Positions 26,770 to 40,343 of a stretch of DNA of 64,000 nucleotides are shown here, piece by piece (the stretch's first letter is position 1; the number at the start of each line of letters is the position of its first letter). A program made the translations under genes and the position numbers. The notes under the pieces were generated by a model that did not search any database, had not been told where the DNA came from, and saw nothing but the letters and a program-made list of their open reading frames with translations. The stretch lies in the NCBI GenBank assembly GCA_965112155.1, contig OZ218106.1; one strand, written 5' to 3'. This DNA is from Podarcis liolepis. Its lineage: Eukaryota.

Positions 26770-29270
26770 TAAATACTTTTAAAGCTATTGTTCTTGAAAA
26801 GACTACACTATTGCGCCAACCCAGCTGCTTAGTGGGCTTTTGTGCGCATGATTCTCCAGGATGCAAGGCTCTGGCATCTTGTCAGAATCTTTAAGGCTAT
26901 CCACACACATCTGCCCCTGAACTGGACTTAGCTTGATGAAACACACATGTATCTAGGGGTAAACTCATTCCAACATGCATAAGCACTCATTAGCTGGACT
27001 GAAACATATGACTCAACCTGCTATCTATAGTTTCATTATAGAATTGCAGCTAACAACAGGGAAATGTTTTTTAAAAGAAGTGTTTATATTCTGTTATCGA
27101 GCATATAATTTTTGGTGTTTGTTCCATTGCCTTTGATCTTGCTTGTAAAATATAGTTTTTTTGAGACTAACACTGTCCATGTCCCTGCCTTGTAAAGTCA
27201 GCTGTAAATCTTGGAATGAAACAGATGATTTCCACAAATGATATTGTCCCCAGAAATATGCTTTTAGACATACTCTTCAAAAATATGCCCTCAGAAGTTC
27301 AATGGAAAACGGAAGAAATCTCCAAGTGATTACTTTGGACAACTATGTCCATATCATAGAGATCCCAAGCAAGGAGCCACTAATAAAAAGTTGGAAAATA
27401 TAATTTCCCACCCCAAGGCTAGTGTTGGTTGGGAGATGTGAGGAGTAAAATCAGCTGAGTGCAACAATATGAATTTATCACATATCAATAGAAGAAAATG
27501 TGATCCAGTGGCTCAGATCAATGAGCCATTTCAATCAAGAAACTTGATCTGAGTCCTGGGAGAGACGCATAGGCAAAAGTGAGTTCTCAGATGCTGAATA
27601 TACATTTTTATGGAGAATACCCCATCACTGAGGTCTCTTCCATATATAGGTGGAAGGTCTGGGCCTTTCTAGACAATTCCTCAAAGCAAACTCTGGCATT
27701 CTGATTCATGCATATTTAGCTTGTCAATCTACCCACTGGAGTTTTGAGAGAAAGACTGGAAATTGAAATAAAAATTAAAAGACTATGAGGGGGGAAATGC
27801 TACTAAATGTCACACAACAGTCACATATATAAAGCATCTGTGTCTACTCTTTTTCCGCTAAGGGCCTACTGTGAGAAATATAGTTGCAGAAAGCTTTCCA
27901 TTATATAGTGACTTTTTGACTGCAACTGGAGAAACCAGGTATATCAATAATTCTATTCTCTCTCAAACTGATTTTGAGTTTAGATGGTTAAAGGAACACA
28001 TTTAGAAACTTAATCCTGATAGTCAGAACTGTGATGAGCTAATAGAGAACAAATCACAAATAATTAAACTATAGGGCCTTTCTAGCAGGATTCTGCTACA
28101 CTAGTTGATAACAGGATCAAATATAGATGAAAACATCAATGTATTCAAAACTACAAAATATAGGATTAGGATAAGAAAGTCAGTTGTGGACAAAATCCAA
28201 TATATCAGTTATGCCAACTGAGAGGCTATAAAATATGGTGGAAGCCATATGCTGGCACAATACTCATGATATTCTGTGCATCAACGCAGCCATTCCACTG
28301 CTGAAGATGTATTGGTAAAGGTGTGGACCCCTTCAAGCTATACTGTAGCTATACTCCTGAAGGCACAACTTTGCACCTGCCCTGAACCTGGCACAGGAAA
28401 TTTCCCTTCTATTGACTTCAATGGTGTGGGAGGGAGAATTAAAAAAATAGCTGTCTCTGTATCAATGTTCACTCTGCCCACCTCACCAAGACCAAGCATA
28501 GGATGTGATGTAACTCAGCACGAAATCAACATTTTCTACCACCTGCATATAAACCTCACAAGGAGACCATAACTCAGGTGATTGGGCACATAGTGTGAAC
28601 CAATGCTTAGAGTTCATAAAGTTGGACTGAGAGGAAACTATGGAGAAAAGGCACTTTCACAAAACAGCTTGCTCTCACAGCACACATGGCCCATGGGAAC
28701 TTGAGCATGCTGTTAACACAAGGGCCCTAACAGGTAGTGTGCCTTGGCCTCTGGACGTGAACACCTAACACCAAAATCCACTCCAACAAGTGAGAGTGCC
28801 AGGACAGTGCACCTCACCCAGGTAAGCAAGGGAATGGGGAACAGATCCCATATTGCATAGATGCTGTGATGGTCATATGTGACTGATCTTAGGAAACCAG
28901 CTGCAGATAATCCCATAATTAACCATAGGTATGGTAGGAGTTTATATCATTGTTATTTTGTAAGAAAGCGGGTGTTTTAAAAGTTGCACAGTCACTTGTG
29001 GAGGAAATATGAGCAAAGGAAAAGGGAAAAAAGAAAAGAAAACATGATATGTTCATTCATCAGGAATTAAGATTAGTCCCAAATATACTCACTACAAACC
29101 AGTGAAGAGTTAAGCATGCTTGAGAACTTTTGATTTCATTGCTCTCCCCTCCCCCTGTTTAAAGAAAATCTGTAGAAAGTATTCTAAACACCTTGAAGAG
29201 AAATGCAGTTCCATTTAAAAGGAGCTCTCTAACTTACCTGAGCAATATCACCCTAAATTGCATGAACATA

Positions 29271-29572
29271 GGTAAAGGACCCCAGGACGGTTAAGTCCAG
29301 TCAAAGGTGACTATGGGGTGCAGTGCTCATCTTGCCGGCATTTGTCCACAGGCAGCTTTCTGGGCCAGCATGACTAAACCGCTTCTGGCACAATGGAACA
29401 CTGTGATGGAAACCAGGGCGCATGGAAACGCTGTTTACCCTCCCGCTGCAGTGGTACCTCTTTATCTATTGACACTGGTATGCTTTTGAACTGCTAGGTT
29501 GGCAGGAACTGGGACAGAGCAATGGGAGCTCACACCATTGCACAGATTTGAACCACCAACCTTCTGATCAGC
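29271..29572 (+). mobile_element. Older, diverged Sauria SINE
   Basis: ggtaaaggacccc head; gggccagcatgactaaaccgcttctgg and gaactgctaggttggcagga blocks; ends at ttctgatcagc. Confidence 0.85.
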
Positions 29573-31978
29573 ACAAACATATCATACGCTTGAAAACACA
29601 GCACTTTTACATACCATTACACGAATCACTAACAGAAATTAAAGAATTGCTAAAAATGCTTATAATTTAAGAGGCCCCCAGGATACAGCATCAAATCAAT
29701 CAGTTAATCTTTGTTTTTTAATAGCTGAAATGACACTGTATAACTGCAAGCTTCTTTCAATAGGGGGTCCCCATTCTAAACTATTATGCTAATGGAAAGA
29801 CAATACTCATATATTAAAATGAATTAAATATAGTAAATAATTCATTTTTCATAGAAACTAGAAATGTGAGTGCAAAAGATTTGTGGCTTTAAAAAAAAGT
29901 TTACATTTTGAATAATAATCTGGAATCCGGGCTACATTTAAACTGCAATGTATCCTTCCTGATTTTGGGAGGGTGGCAGGTATAGCTCCCCCCCCCGAAC
30001 TATATGACGTAAATGGAAATGCATATTCACATAGATCTCTATGGTTTCTGAATACTATTCTTCTTTACACTTATTCTTCTATATAACTGCAAAAGTGTAA
30101 ATTTTTATTAGGAAAGAATTATCTTAGGCAAATATGAATGAAAAAGGATATATATGATCTTTATCATTCTGCACTGTTTTTGAGCAGAAAGATTGACTAG
30201 ATATTAACACAAATGGGTTTAAATGTGAAGCTGCCATAAAAGCAGGCACATAAATGTAATTCTCCCAGACGCTATTTTGATGCACATTTTTGATTCCATG
30301 AATATTTTATGAAATGGCCCAAACTAAAGCCATATAACATTCCTGCATTACTGATGCCTGCGCCCGTAAGCTACAAACATTAGAGGCATGATTGAATGCA
30401 TTAAAATGAACTCATTCAGCAGCACATTGATTACTTGAAGGCAGGGGAAGAAAAAGAAGAGTTACCCCACTTAAGAAAACAGTACACAAATTTGAAGTTT
30501 ACAATACAGAAAAATAAAGACGGATGATTGGAAGAATGTGATATTTAATAAGTAAATAAATGCAAATCTCTCTTAGGTCTGTATGTAACAAACTGACATT
30601 AATTAGGTCCACAGATTGCTTCAAGTATTATTCAGGTAATTCAAAACGTCGCAATCCGCAAGATGCATCGACTGACCTGTTCTAGCTCCATGTTTCAGCA
30701 ATATCAAGAGAAACTAATTATTTCCTTTTCTGCTAGACTTTACATTTTGCAATGAAAATAACCCACTTGAAAACAATGGTGTAAAAATAATCTGACATGT
30801 CTATGTGGCGCATTTGTTCAGCAGCATTATGATAGAAAGCACATTTAATTTTATATTGTCCACATTGTACTGGAAACTTTAAAAGAAGCTAAAATTGAGA
30901 GAGAGAGCCAATAACATTTTATTACAATTTTAATCTATATTTGGGGGAATAAGCTACTATATGGTATGTAGCAGCTCTAAAATCTGTATCTGGTGGAATA
31001 AGCTGTTATACAGTACAGTACTGACGATACACCTCTTTACGGTGGCTTTTGACACCTGAGGTGTATATTTTTAGAACCCACCTTATTTCTTGTGATTGTA
31101 AGTTACTTTAAACAGTTTTTAACATTGTGTTTTAATCTGTTGTAAAGCACCCAGAGACATTAGTGTGAAGAGCGGATAATAAATTATAATAATTATAATA
31201 ATAATACACAATTCTAAAATCTGTTAGCAGTGAGAGTTACTAGAAGCTTTGTGTTTAAGCACTCACCTGGTAGCCATAGGCAAGGAGGAATTGCATGCTG
31301 GCATCCGCCAAAGGGCAAAGTGGTTTTTTAATGAATTCGGAACACAATGAACATAGAAATGAAGGCTAAATATTATATTAAATAGCTAAAAAGAAAGCTA
31401 CAAAGCATTACAATTATGCTTACATCCTTGAGGTTGCCAGCAACCCTATCAGCTATGGACATGACTCCTGAAACTGGAGCTCGGCCAGTGCACCACACTT
31501 TCTGCTTTCTCTGGCATATGCTGATTATTATAAATCTTTAAAAACCTAGCAGAGGTGGTCTAGAGGCTTATGTACTGTTAAGGTGTTTGGGAGACCGCCA
31601 ACATAGATAGCTTCTAAGACTAGCATATAGTGTCAGGTCCAGGTGCTAGCATGGGATCAGCAGAAACCTATCACAGAGATTAAAATTCCCACAAGGTTCC
31701 ATCTCAATATATAACTTAGCTGTGAGAAACTTAACATTTTATAAAAGAAACAGAATTAACCCCTTAAAGCCCCCTGGCCCCCAGGTTTTGCAGGCATGAA
31801 AGCAGCATTGCCATATTACCATAGAAATCTCCTCAAAATCACAATAATATTATTCCATGATGTGACAGCACAGAAAGCAGGTTGGGTATTCTATCCTTCC
31901 TCTCTGCTCAGCTTCCTCCTCCAGCCCAAGCACAGATATACAGTAGGTTTGCTGGGGGAAATACAGATTCGCCTATAC

Positions 31979-32242
31979 TGTTAAGTTGTGGCTGAACATA
32001 TCAGACGACACAGCGATTCTTCAAACAGCTCTTGTTTATTCACAGGCCAGAACAGAACTGAACTGAAGGGTTCAGCCAGCCTGCTTATACAGAGCTCCAC
32101 TACAACGCAACAGTAACAACTTTCTGTAACTATCCAATCACTGAGCGTCACTTTCAATTCCTTATCTGCATATGTGGACCTGAGTGAAAACTATCTACAG
32201 TATCCCCCTGCTGGCCCAGGGTGAGAACTTCAGTACATAACA
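31979..32242 (-). mobile_element. Solo LTR (264 bp, Gypsy/ERV-like)
   Basis: TGTTA...TAACA termini; perfect 5-bp TSD TATAC (31974-31978, 32243-32247); CCAAT box at 32134-32138, minus-strand TATAA at 32085-32089 and AATAAA at 32035-32040 in U3-R-U5 order. Confidence 0.85.
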
Positions 32243-32931
32243 TATACCATCCTCTGCAGGCTAGTAACTTAAGTGAGCTTATTTACAAGTAGGAACCAAC
32301 AGTGAACAATATTATTCTGATTCAAATCTAATGCAAGGGCTTGAACTCAGTTTAAATGCTTGAGAGATTTACATTCTATTTGGCCTCTTGAATTAATTTA
32401 GTACAGTCAGTGGCACCAAACGGCCCTATGTACCTGTTTTTAAAAGTGGATGGGATTTTAGAAAGCACAAAGTAAGTATATCGCCCAGTTCTTCCTATTG
32501 TTAATAGTAAGCAATTCCTATTAGCAAATGCATTGGCTTTCATTTTGCCAACACTATTAATAGCTTCATATCAAACTAACAGCCCAAATCATGAGCAAAA
32601 ATAATCAGAAACTCAATAAAGTCAAGTGTATACTGCCTAAGCTCATGAAATACAAGCATACTACAAGATTTGCAAGAGAGACTATTAATTAATATGTTGC
32701 CAGACAAGAAATTATAATCAGGAATTTTGCCACTAGATAAGGGAGAGATACTTGCCTGACATCTACTCCAATGCCATTTAGACACGATGAGGCAAAGCCA
32801 TTTATTTTCCCAGGCCTTTTAATTCAATTTGATCTGTTTTATCTTGGCCAGTTTTGTTTTTTGTTATACTTATTTGAGTTTACTGCATATACTATATTTT
32901 AATGAGTTTACTGCATATACTATATTTTATT

Positions 32932-33224
32932 GGCCTGGCTTGCACATCATGCTAAGCCAGACCACAGCTTAGAGGAAACACATGGGCATGCAGGTTTGGC
33001 TGTGCTGAACAAACCACAAGCTGTAAATCACTGGTCAAAACTTAGTTACAGCTCTTTATTATTGTGGAGAAAACTAAACAATGAACCTGGATTTGGACAA
33101 CATGCCAAGACAATGTGGTACAGCAGCAAAAAGATGGGGCAGGGGCAAAGCACCTGCTCTTCTCCAGGATCCTGCACATTTGCACTAAGTCATGGTTTGG
33201 CTTAGTGTCACATGCAAAACAGGA
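32932..33224. mobile_element. Diverged TIR MITE, same family as 37491-38061
   Basis: ggcctggcttgcacatcatgctaagcca ... tggcttagtgtcacatgcaaaacagg inverted ends; shared aaaccacaagctgta core. Confidence 0.55.
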
Positions 33225-35046
33225 TAATACATGTTTTTGATTTGTTTTATTGTGTTTTTAATTTTTTGTATGTTGCTCTGCAAATTTTACTGAACTGTGG
33301 GTTATATTTCCTTAAAATAAACAAGTGCATTTTATGTCACTGGTTGGGTGGACAAAAGACCAGTTTATTCTGGATTTTATTCTGATCCTGATCTGATTTT
33401 AGGATGCATTTTAATGGATTACCTGATTTTATGTTAATGTGTTATACATTTGATGTTAGCTTCTCTGAGCCCGGTTTTGGCTGGGGAGGGCGGGGTATAT
33501 ATTATTACTATTATTATTATTACTTTGAATTACACAGGCAAGCAAGGTAAAGCAGAGCAAGCAAGGGGCAAGTACGTATATGTACTATACCAACCCAGCC
33601 TTTTCTGACTGCAACACTGCTTAGACTGGAGAACTGGCTAGAGAATTTGATGCTTTATGGGGTCAGGTGAAATCCTATTGGCCCCTTATGTCACTTGACA
33701 GTTGTAGGTCAGCAAGTAATACTCAGCTGCCTTGGTGACACTCAAACACTTCAGATATCAGGGCAGTAGCTCCCTCTTCTGGTGATCTGCCATACATTCA
33801 AGAGAATAAGACATCTGGGGTCTCACTGCCAGAGTATCTGTTTGAGATACCATTTGACTACTTCATTGCCGATACACTATCAGATCCATCCATTGTAAAA
33901 CGTAAGAATTTAGCTATACATTCCAGCCATCAATAAGTAATATTAAATCCATTTTAATGAACCAGGGGGGACTTTAAGGCTTAATTCTATTAAAACCAGT
34001 GTGACTGCAAACCTTTGGCTGGATTGTTTCCAAGATTACACTTGAATAATGTATAAATAGATATAAAAAACAAGGATCCTAGCTACACATTAATTCACTG
34101 CACAATAATTCTACGGACAATAATTTATTCCCTAGACAATAATTCCATAGCTCCAATGGAAAGGGCATCTCTAAAACCAAGGTCTCCTCTGCAAAGAACT
34201 AACAGTAACTTTGCCTCTCCAAAAGTTTGTTCTGTTTAACAAGAACATTAGGATCCAATGCAGCATTCCAATGCCTTGCGAAGCTTTGAAGCAAAAAGGA
34301 AAAAAGGGAAAAAAAGTTTTGGGGGTGAAAGCAGCTTTGAATGAAGCTTCATCTCAGTACTACTCATTAAACAATAAATAATTAAAATACCACAGAAACA
34401 GACAGGTAAAATACAAGCAGCGGTGTCAGTAACAGACTTAAAAGAGAAATGTAGAAAAATGAATTTTAAAAAAGCAATGAAATAATTCATTTGAAGTTTT
34501 AATAAATTTCAATTGCAGCCTTGTTTAAAGATATATTAGACTTTAGGGATGGGACCTAATTATGATCCAAATGGGCACCTAAATTTTTTAAACAGTGTTT
34601 CCTTTTCAGAAGCTGTTCCTTCAGACCCACAGACTGCTTTTAAAATTCCCTTGACTTCAGAAAAAGGTGTGGGGGCATATTGCACAAGAGCAATTCATGG
34701 GGAAGCAGCCCATGGGGCCCACATGAAATCCGCCCCCCCCCGGTTTCCTTTTGAATTCAGTGGACTTGAATTCAGTGGACTTTATGCTTTGGACGTTCTG
34801 CGGAGCAAACTTCAGCCCAAGAAACTCGGCAAAAGTAAAGAGAAAAGAGCGTGCTGTGTCTATATTTTTTCAACCACAAGACCTTGAACTTTAGTGCTTA
34901 AGACCAAACATACATTTATGATGAATGATAGGAGATTTATTTTCTTTTCTAACATTATGTATGCATTGATATGTATATAGCAGACAAGAAAGCTAACATA
35001 ACGGTACCCTAATAATCAGCTCAATCACGATCATTTGATATTGGTA

Positions 35047-35291
35047 CAGTGGTACCTTGGGTTACAGATGCTTCAGGTTACAGACGCTTCAGGTTACAGA
35101 CTCCGCTAACCCAGAAACAGTACCTTGGGTTAAGAACTTTGCTTCAGGATGAGAACAGAAATAGTGCAGCGGTGGCGGTGCGGTGGCGGCGGGAGGCCCC
35201 ATTAGCTAAAGTGGTACCTCAGGTTAAGAACAGTTTCAGGTTAAGAATGGACCTCTGGAACGAATTAAGTTCTTAACCCAATGTACCACTG
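35047..35291. mobile_element. Tc1/mariner-type MITE
   Basis: TIRs CAGTGGTACCTTGGGTTA / TAACCCAATGTACCACTG; TA TSD; internal cttcaggtta repeats. Confidence 0.88.
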
Positions 35292-37490
35292 TATTGCATT
35301 ATATCTATGACAATGAGGAGTCTTCATGACAGGGAATATTCAGGAAGGAAGAGGCTGTGTTACAATGCAGGACAGCTAGACAGCAGGCCCAGTTTTATTA
35401 TCTTTTCCTATCTGCAGTGCTGTTACTGATTTCACTTCAGCTTATTTTGCCTCACTTCAGGGAAAGGTTGGGGGGCGTGGGAGCAACAACAGATCGCTGG
35501 AAGGAAGAAATGACCCTTAAGAGGGGTGTGGGGGAAGGGGCTCAAGAAGATGGCTCTTGAGGAGGAGGCCAAGGCCACCTGTGCTTCCAGCGAAAAGAAA
35601 AACACTTTGTTGCCATGAATGCCTGCAACTTGGACTCCAAACTTTCAGAAAGGCAAGAAGTGGCTATGCTTATTCCAGAAGCCATAGAGATGAATGGAGC
35701 AGCTCCCCATCAACATACATACACACAAGCTGCCCCTATTCCTTCCCTTCTGTCTTCCTTTCCACTGACAGCAGGGCAACTGCTGTCACCATGCAAGGAA
35801 TTGAGGAATATGCGAGTGTATAATGGTGTGGTAAAAAAAACCAAACAGCTTCCTTTTTTCATTTTACCTTGCCCTGTTTCGTTAAGAGAAATGACAAGGG
35901 AATGCCTCCCAAAATTAGTTGGCTCATCAAAGCAAAGCCCTGTCAACCAATTTTACTTGTCCTCGGACATTTCGTGATTTGTATTGATTTCATGTAGTGT
36001 TTTATTGCAGGATTTTATTCCCTTTATTGTATACCGTCATGAGAGTCTTGCACTGAAGAGTGGCGTACACATTTAGTACATAAACAGTCTCTGCCTTCCC
36101 CTGTCTAGGCTGTCCCTGTTGATCATAGGTTTCCACTTTTCACTTCCTTGCTAAAAAGCAGAGGCACGCCAAACAAAGATTTTCACATACACACAACACA
36201 GAATTTTACTTTCTTAGAAGCAGGAAGGGGGGGGATATAAACCTTGAAGAAAAGGGGGACAACTTGTACCATGTATAAGTTGATGGCCAGTGAGAAAACG
36301 AGGCTGAAGGAAATGCTCATGTATGAAGTAAGTGCAGAAGAAGCTCTGGAACAGCAGCATCAATGGAGCTGCTGAACACAAGGCAAACTTTTGAGATTGT
36401 GGGCTAGGGAGCCCAAAGTGGTGATCAGAGGATGATAGGGTTCATGTATCAATTAGAACTAATTAGAAATGTAAACCACTATTATCAGCAGTATTCTTCT
36501 TCTTATTATTTTTGTGTGTGTAATGGCTACTTGTTAAACACAATAAATTGAACTGAACTGATTAGCTAAACCTTTGACTGCATGTCAACTGTCTAAGATA
36601 CTAAACTTAAAATGATAGAAGGTATAATGAAAAAGCTTCATCATTAAAACTGCTACAGTTTTCCTGTATTTCTAGGATTTTTGACAGTAAGTTAAAAATT
36701 ATGAAAACCAAAATAATTACAAAATACTACAGTTACAAAATACTACTAAAAATGTGTGTTAGCCAGAACGCTGAAAAGGCATTCATACAGGGCTAATTCA
36801 GCTGTACTTGCTTGCATCTAAATTATTTGTTTAAGAAATGTTTACACAAAGTCTTATAAAAAGGGAGATTTGTTCTTGTTTCCCCCCTCCCTAATATTAA
36901 AACATAAATATATAGTTGTAACAAAAAGGCAAACAGTACTACAGTATAAGTAAATGCAGCATGACAAATCCTTTCAATTTGTTCCAATTTCCACTATACT
37001 TCAGCTGCTTGCATGTATGCATTTTTACCATAGTTAACAACAATATGACTTTTGTTCATCAGCATACATATCATTTTGTCACATAGGCCTATTTGTAGAT
37101 TTCATCATCCTATTCATTTAAATTGAAGATACAAATAATCAATGTGGAATCAATTCAAGCTAATAACTGTCAGTTCAATACCTATAGCAATATATTATTT
37201 CAGTGTAATAAGATTAGAATCTTTGTACGGGAAGCAAAACCCTGTGCTTGCATAGAGATGAACTGAATTATCCAATAAGTATTTCCATCAGTCTGCTCTT
37301 CAGACTTGTCATTCTGGATTTATGGGTGCTTCCCTCTGGTCATGGAATGGCAGGGAATTGTACCAGTCTCCAAAGACATTCCACATTAACATACTGCAGA
37401 AACTCTCACATTGACCTCTCAAGTCAAACTTCATAGGCTAATGAAAATGGTTTTAATTTTTAATGCAACTAGAACTATGAAACTATTGCT

Positions 37491-38061
37491 GACCTGGTTC
37501 GCACATAACACAAAGCTAAACCGTGGCTTAGCTCGGATGTGCGAGCACATGGACTGCCAGAGAAGAAATCATGCCTGCTTTGCTCTTCCTCTGGTCCAGC
37601 TACTGCTGTGACACTGTGAGCTAAACTGTGATTTGGCCTAGGGCAGGCTTCCTCAACCTCGGCCCTCCAGATGTTTTGAGACTACATTTCCCATCATCCC
37701 TGACCACTGGTCCTGCTAGCTAGGGATCGTGGGAGTTGTAGGCCAAAAACATCTGGAGGGCCGAGGTTGAGGAAGCCTGGTCTAGGGTATTATCTGAACC
37801 CGGGCTTGTGGTTTGACTCACAACAGACAAACCCCAAGCTGTAGCCAAGGTTTGTTCTATTGCTAACTATTCATGCTTTGCCTGCAGTGAAAGAAATCAG
37901 GAGCCCAGGTTTCGGTGATGCACCAAGTCAGCCCATTTCTTTGCTCATAGCAATGCAGCAGCATGCCTCAGAAGGAGCAAAACAGCTGCAGTCTTCCCTC
38001 TGGGAGCTCACATGTTCATGCTGAGCCATGGTTCAGTTCAGTGTTACGCATGAATTGGGTC
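37491..38061. mobile_element. Older TIR element (Harbinger-like MITE) hosting the hAT MITE
   Basis: Imperfect TIRs gacctggttcgcacataacac / gtgttacgcatgaattgggtc; related to 32932-33224. Confidence 0.6.
37644..37779. mobile_element. Palindromic hAT MITE (136 bp)
   Basis: TIR CAGGCTTCCTCAACCTCGGCCCTCCAGATGTTTT with a perfect inverse; 8-bp TSD gcctaggg / gtctaggg. Confidence 0.9.
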
Positions 38062-40157
38062 ACTGCATTTTGGTGGAAGACTGGTAACAACTTTCCAAAG
38101 TGAAAATGTAATTCTAAAATAGGCTTCAATGAAGGGTTGCCACCCAAATGTACCTAACAGCAAAATCCTATGCCTATTTGTAAGTTCCACTGAGTTCAGT
38201 GGGACTTCCTACCACAAAAGCGTATACAGAATCAAAAGATTTAAAACACTGTCAGAATATAAATTTGGAAGTGCCTTACACTGGCACACAATACTTCTCT
38301 ACAAATATTACAGTAATTTCTTGGCTGCCAATAGGTACACTTTGCTGTCAATAGGTGAATTAATTGAAGGCTATTCCAAGCAAGACAGAGCAGCATGACT
38401 GATATGAGAATACAAAGTCTGGATGGAATTGCAGTCCTCTTTAAGACTCTGGTTTGTAATTTTGACTCAGGCTCGAACCTTATGTTTAGGTGTCAGTTGA
38501 GACTAGGTTGAAGGGCTAGCTATGCTCATTAGAGATGTCAAATTTGGCCATGGTGATCCATGTCTTAGCTACACATCCGGACCAGACTAATGCAATGTAC
38601 TGTGAATATGAGGATACCTCTGAAATGTGTCCAAAAACTATAGCTGGTGCAGAATAAGGCTTTTCATTAAGATCACACACACACTTGTTAAAATAGCTAC
38701 CATTGACTTCTGGTTTGTTTCTGGGCTCAAAGACATCCTAAATGGCTTAGTAAGAGATAATTACAAGACTGCTTGTATCCATATAAATCTGCCCAATCAT
38801 TATTTTTTCTGAATAGGCTACTATTGCATTTTTTAGTTGAGGTTAACAGGAATGAGAAAGGAAGCCTTTCCTGTGGCTATCCTAGACTATGAAATTCTCT
38901 CCCTAGAGATTGCTTGCCTCACCCCTCATTTCTGGCTTTTCACTGCTGTGTGAAGTATCTGGCCTGCAATATTATTTGTTTTAAAGTGTTGCTACTATTT
39001 ATATTGCTAATATACTATCTGTTCTTTTGGCGTTTTTATTCTGTGAAAGGGCACTAACATCTAAAGGAATTCCATGCTGAAATAAACAGATCCCACTGTT
39101 ATGTAGACTATTGCAAAGAAAAGTGTACTGAAAGGAGTAATCTATATGGAATGCAATAATTCACATTCCTTCAATCATTTCCTACAGTTAAGTCTTGTAG
39201 CTGAATTCCTTTAGCTTTTATTAAGTGAAGGATTCCTACAGATGCTCCAGCCACAAATTACTCCCTCAGAGCAAATCAGAATTTTCCTACTTCTATTTCA
39301 CAATGCTTCACTTTCCTGTGAAAATAAAATGTTATTAAAAACAGGTTTGGTGCTTCTTCCAATCAGAACAGACTGAACACCATTGCTATTTTTCAGTAAA
39401 TGGGAGGTGTCTGAAAACCTCTGTAGCCTTCTTCTGAACAAGTTTTCATTATGACCTTTGGAGTGTATCATTTTTTAGTATATCATGCAATGTTGCCGTA
39501 AATATATTTAAATATTAAATTATCTTTCTCATACCATGCATTAAACAGAGTTTAGGCAGTGGGTTAATAAGGGTAGAGAGTACGACTTTGCAAGAGTCTT
39601 TGAAGATATTAATTTTTATATAATTTTCTGACAGTAACTTCATTTTTTATCTCTGAAAGGTGAAACAGTTTAAAAATGAAAACAACGAAAATCAAGGCTG
39701 CATCAGCTTTTGCCATTATAAAGAATTCTTTAGCCATAACTCAACAGAAATATGTGCAATATTGCCACACACTAATCAACACAAGAAAATGTGAACTCTG
39801 GATTTGTATAAAGGGCAATGCTACTTAGTAATTGCATCTGTAGATTCCACGGCTGTTAAGAACAAAATTTAGAAACAAAATTGGTGTTTACCAAACAGTT
39901 CACTGAGTCATCATCTGCACACAGTCCTAACTATTGGTCTCTAGAATTTATACTATTTTGATGGTTTTGTCACTTCAGCAAAGATCATCAAATTTTCATG
40001 TTCCCTCAGAAAGAACGTGAAAACAAATATACCCAAACTGCTAGATTCTGCATCAGAAGCCACATCCTACACTTTACAACCTTACTGCTCACATACAGAT
40101 TTTTAGGGACCTTGCCAATAATTTTCAATGCAATCAATTATATTCTCTGTTACCTAC

Positions 40158-40343
40158 CTTGCTCCTCATAAACAAGTCCCATATTTGAATGCGCTTCAGC
40201 TTCTCTCCTTCCGCCATCTATTTTAATCAGCTGAGCAGTTTTGTAGCATTGTTCATAGAAGTAATTCCTTAGCCATCTGTCTTCTGGTTTGTTGAAGCAA
40301 TAGGCCAAATTCAGCTGGTTACAATACACCTCGTCATAGAATT
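40158..40343 (-). CDS. TTC29: TTC29 coding exon 4 (186 nt)
   Basis: ctgaag|AA...G|gtaggt; FYDEVYCNQLNLAYCFNKPEDRWLRNYFYEQCYKTAQLIKIDGGRREAEAHSNMGLVYEEQ; phase 1/1; absent from the ORF track. Confidence 0.95.
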
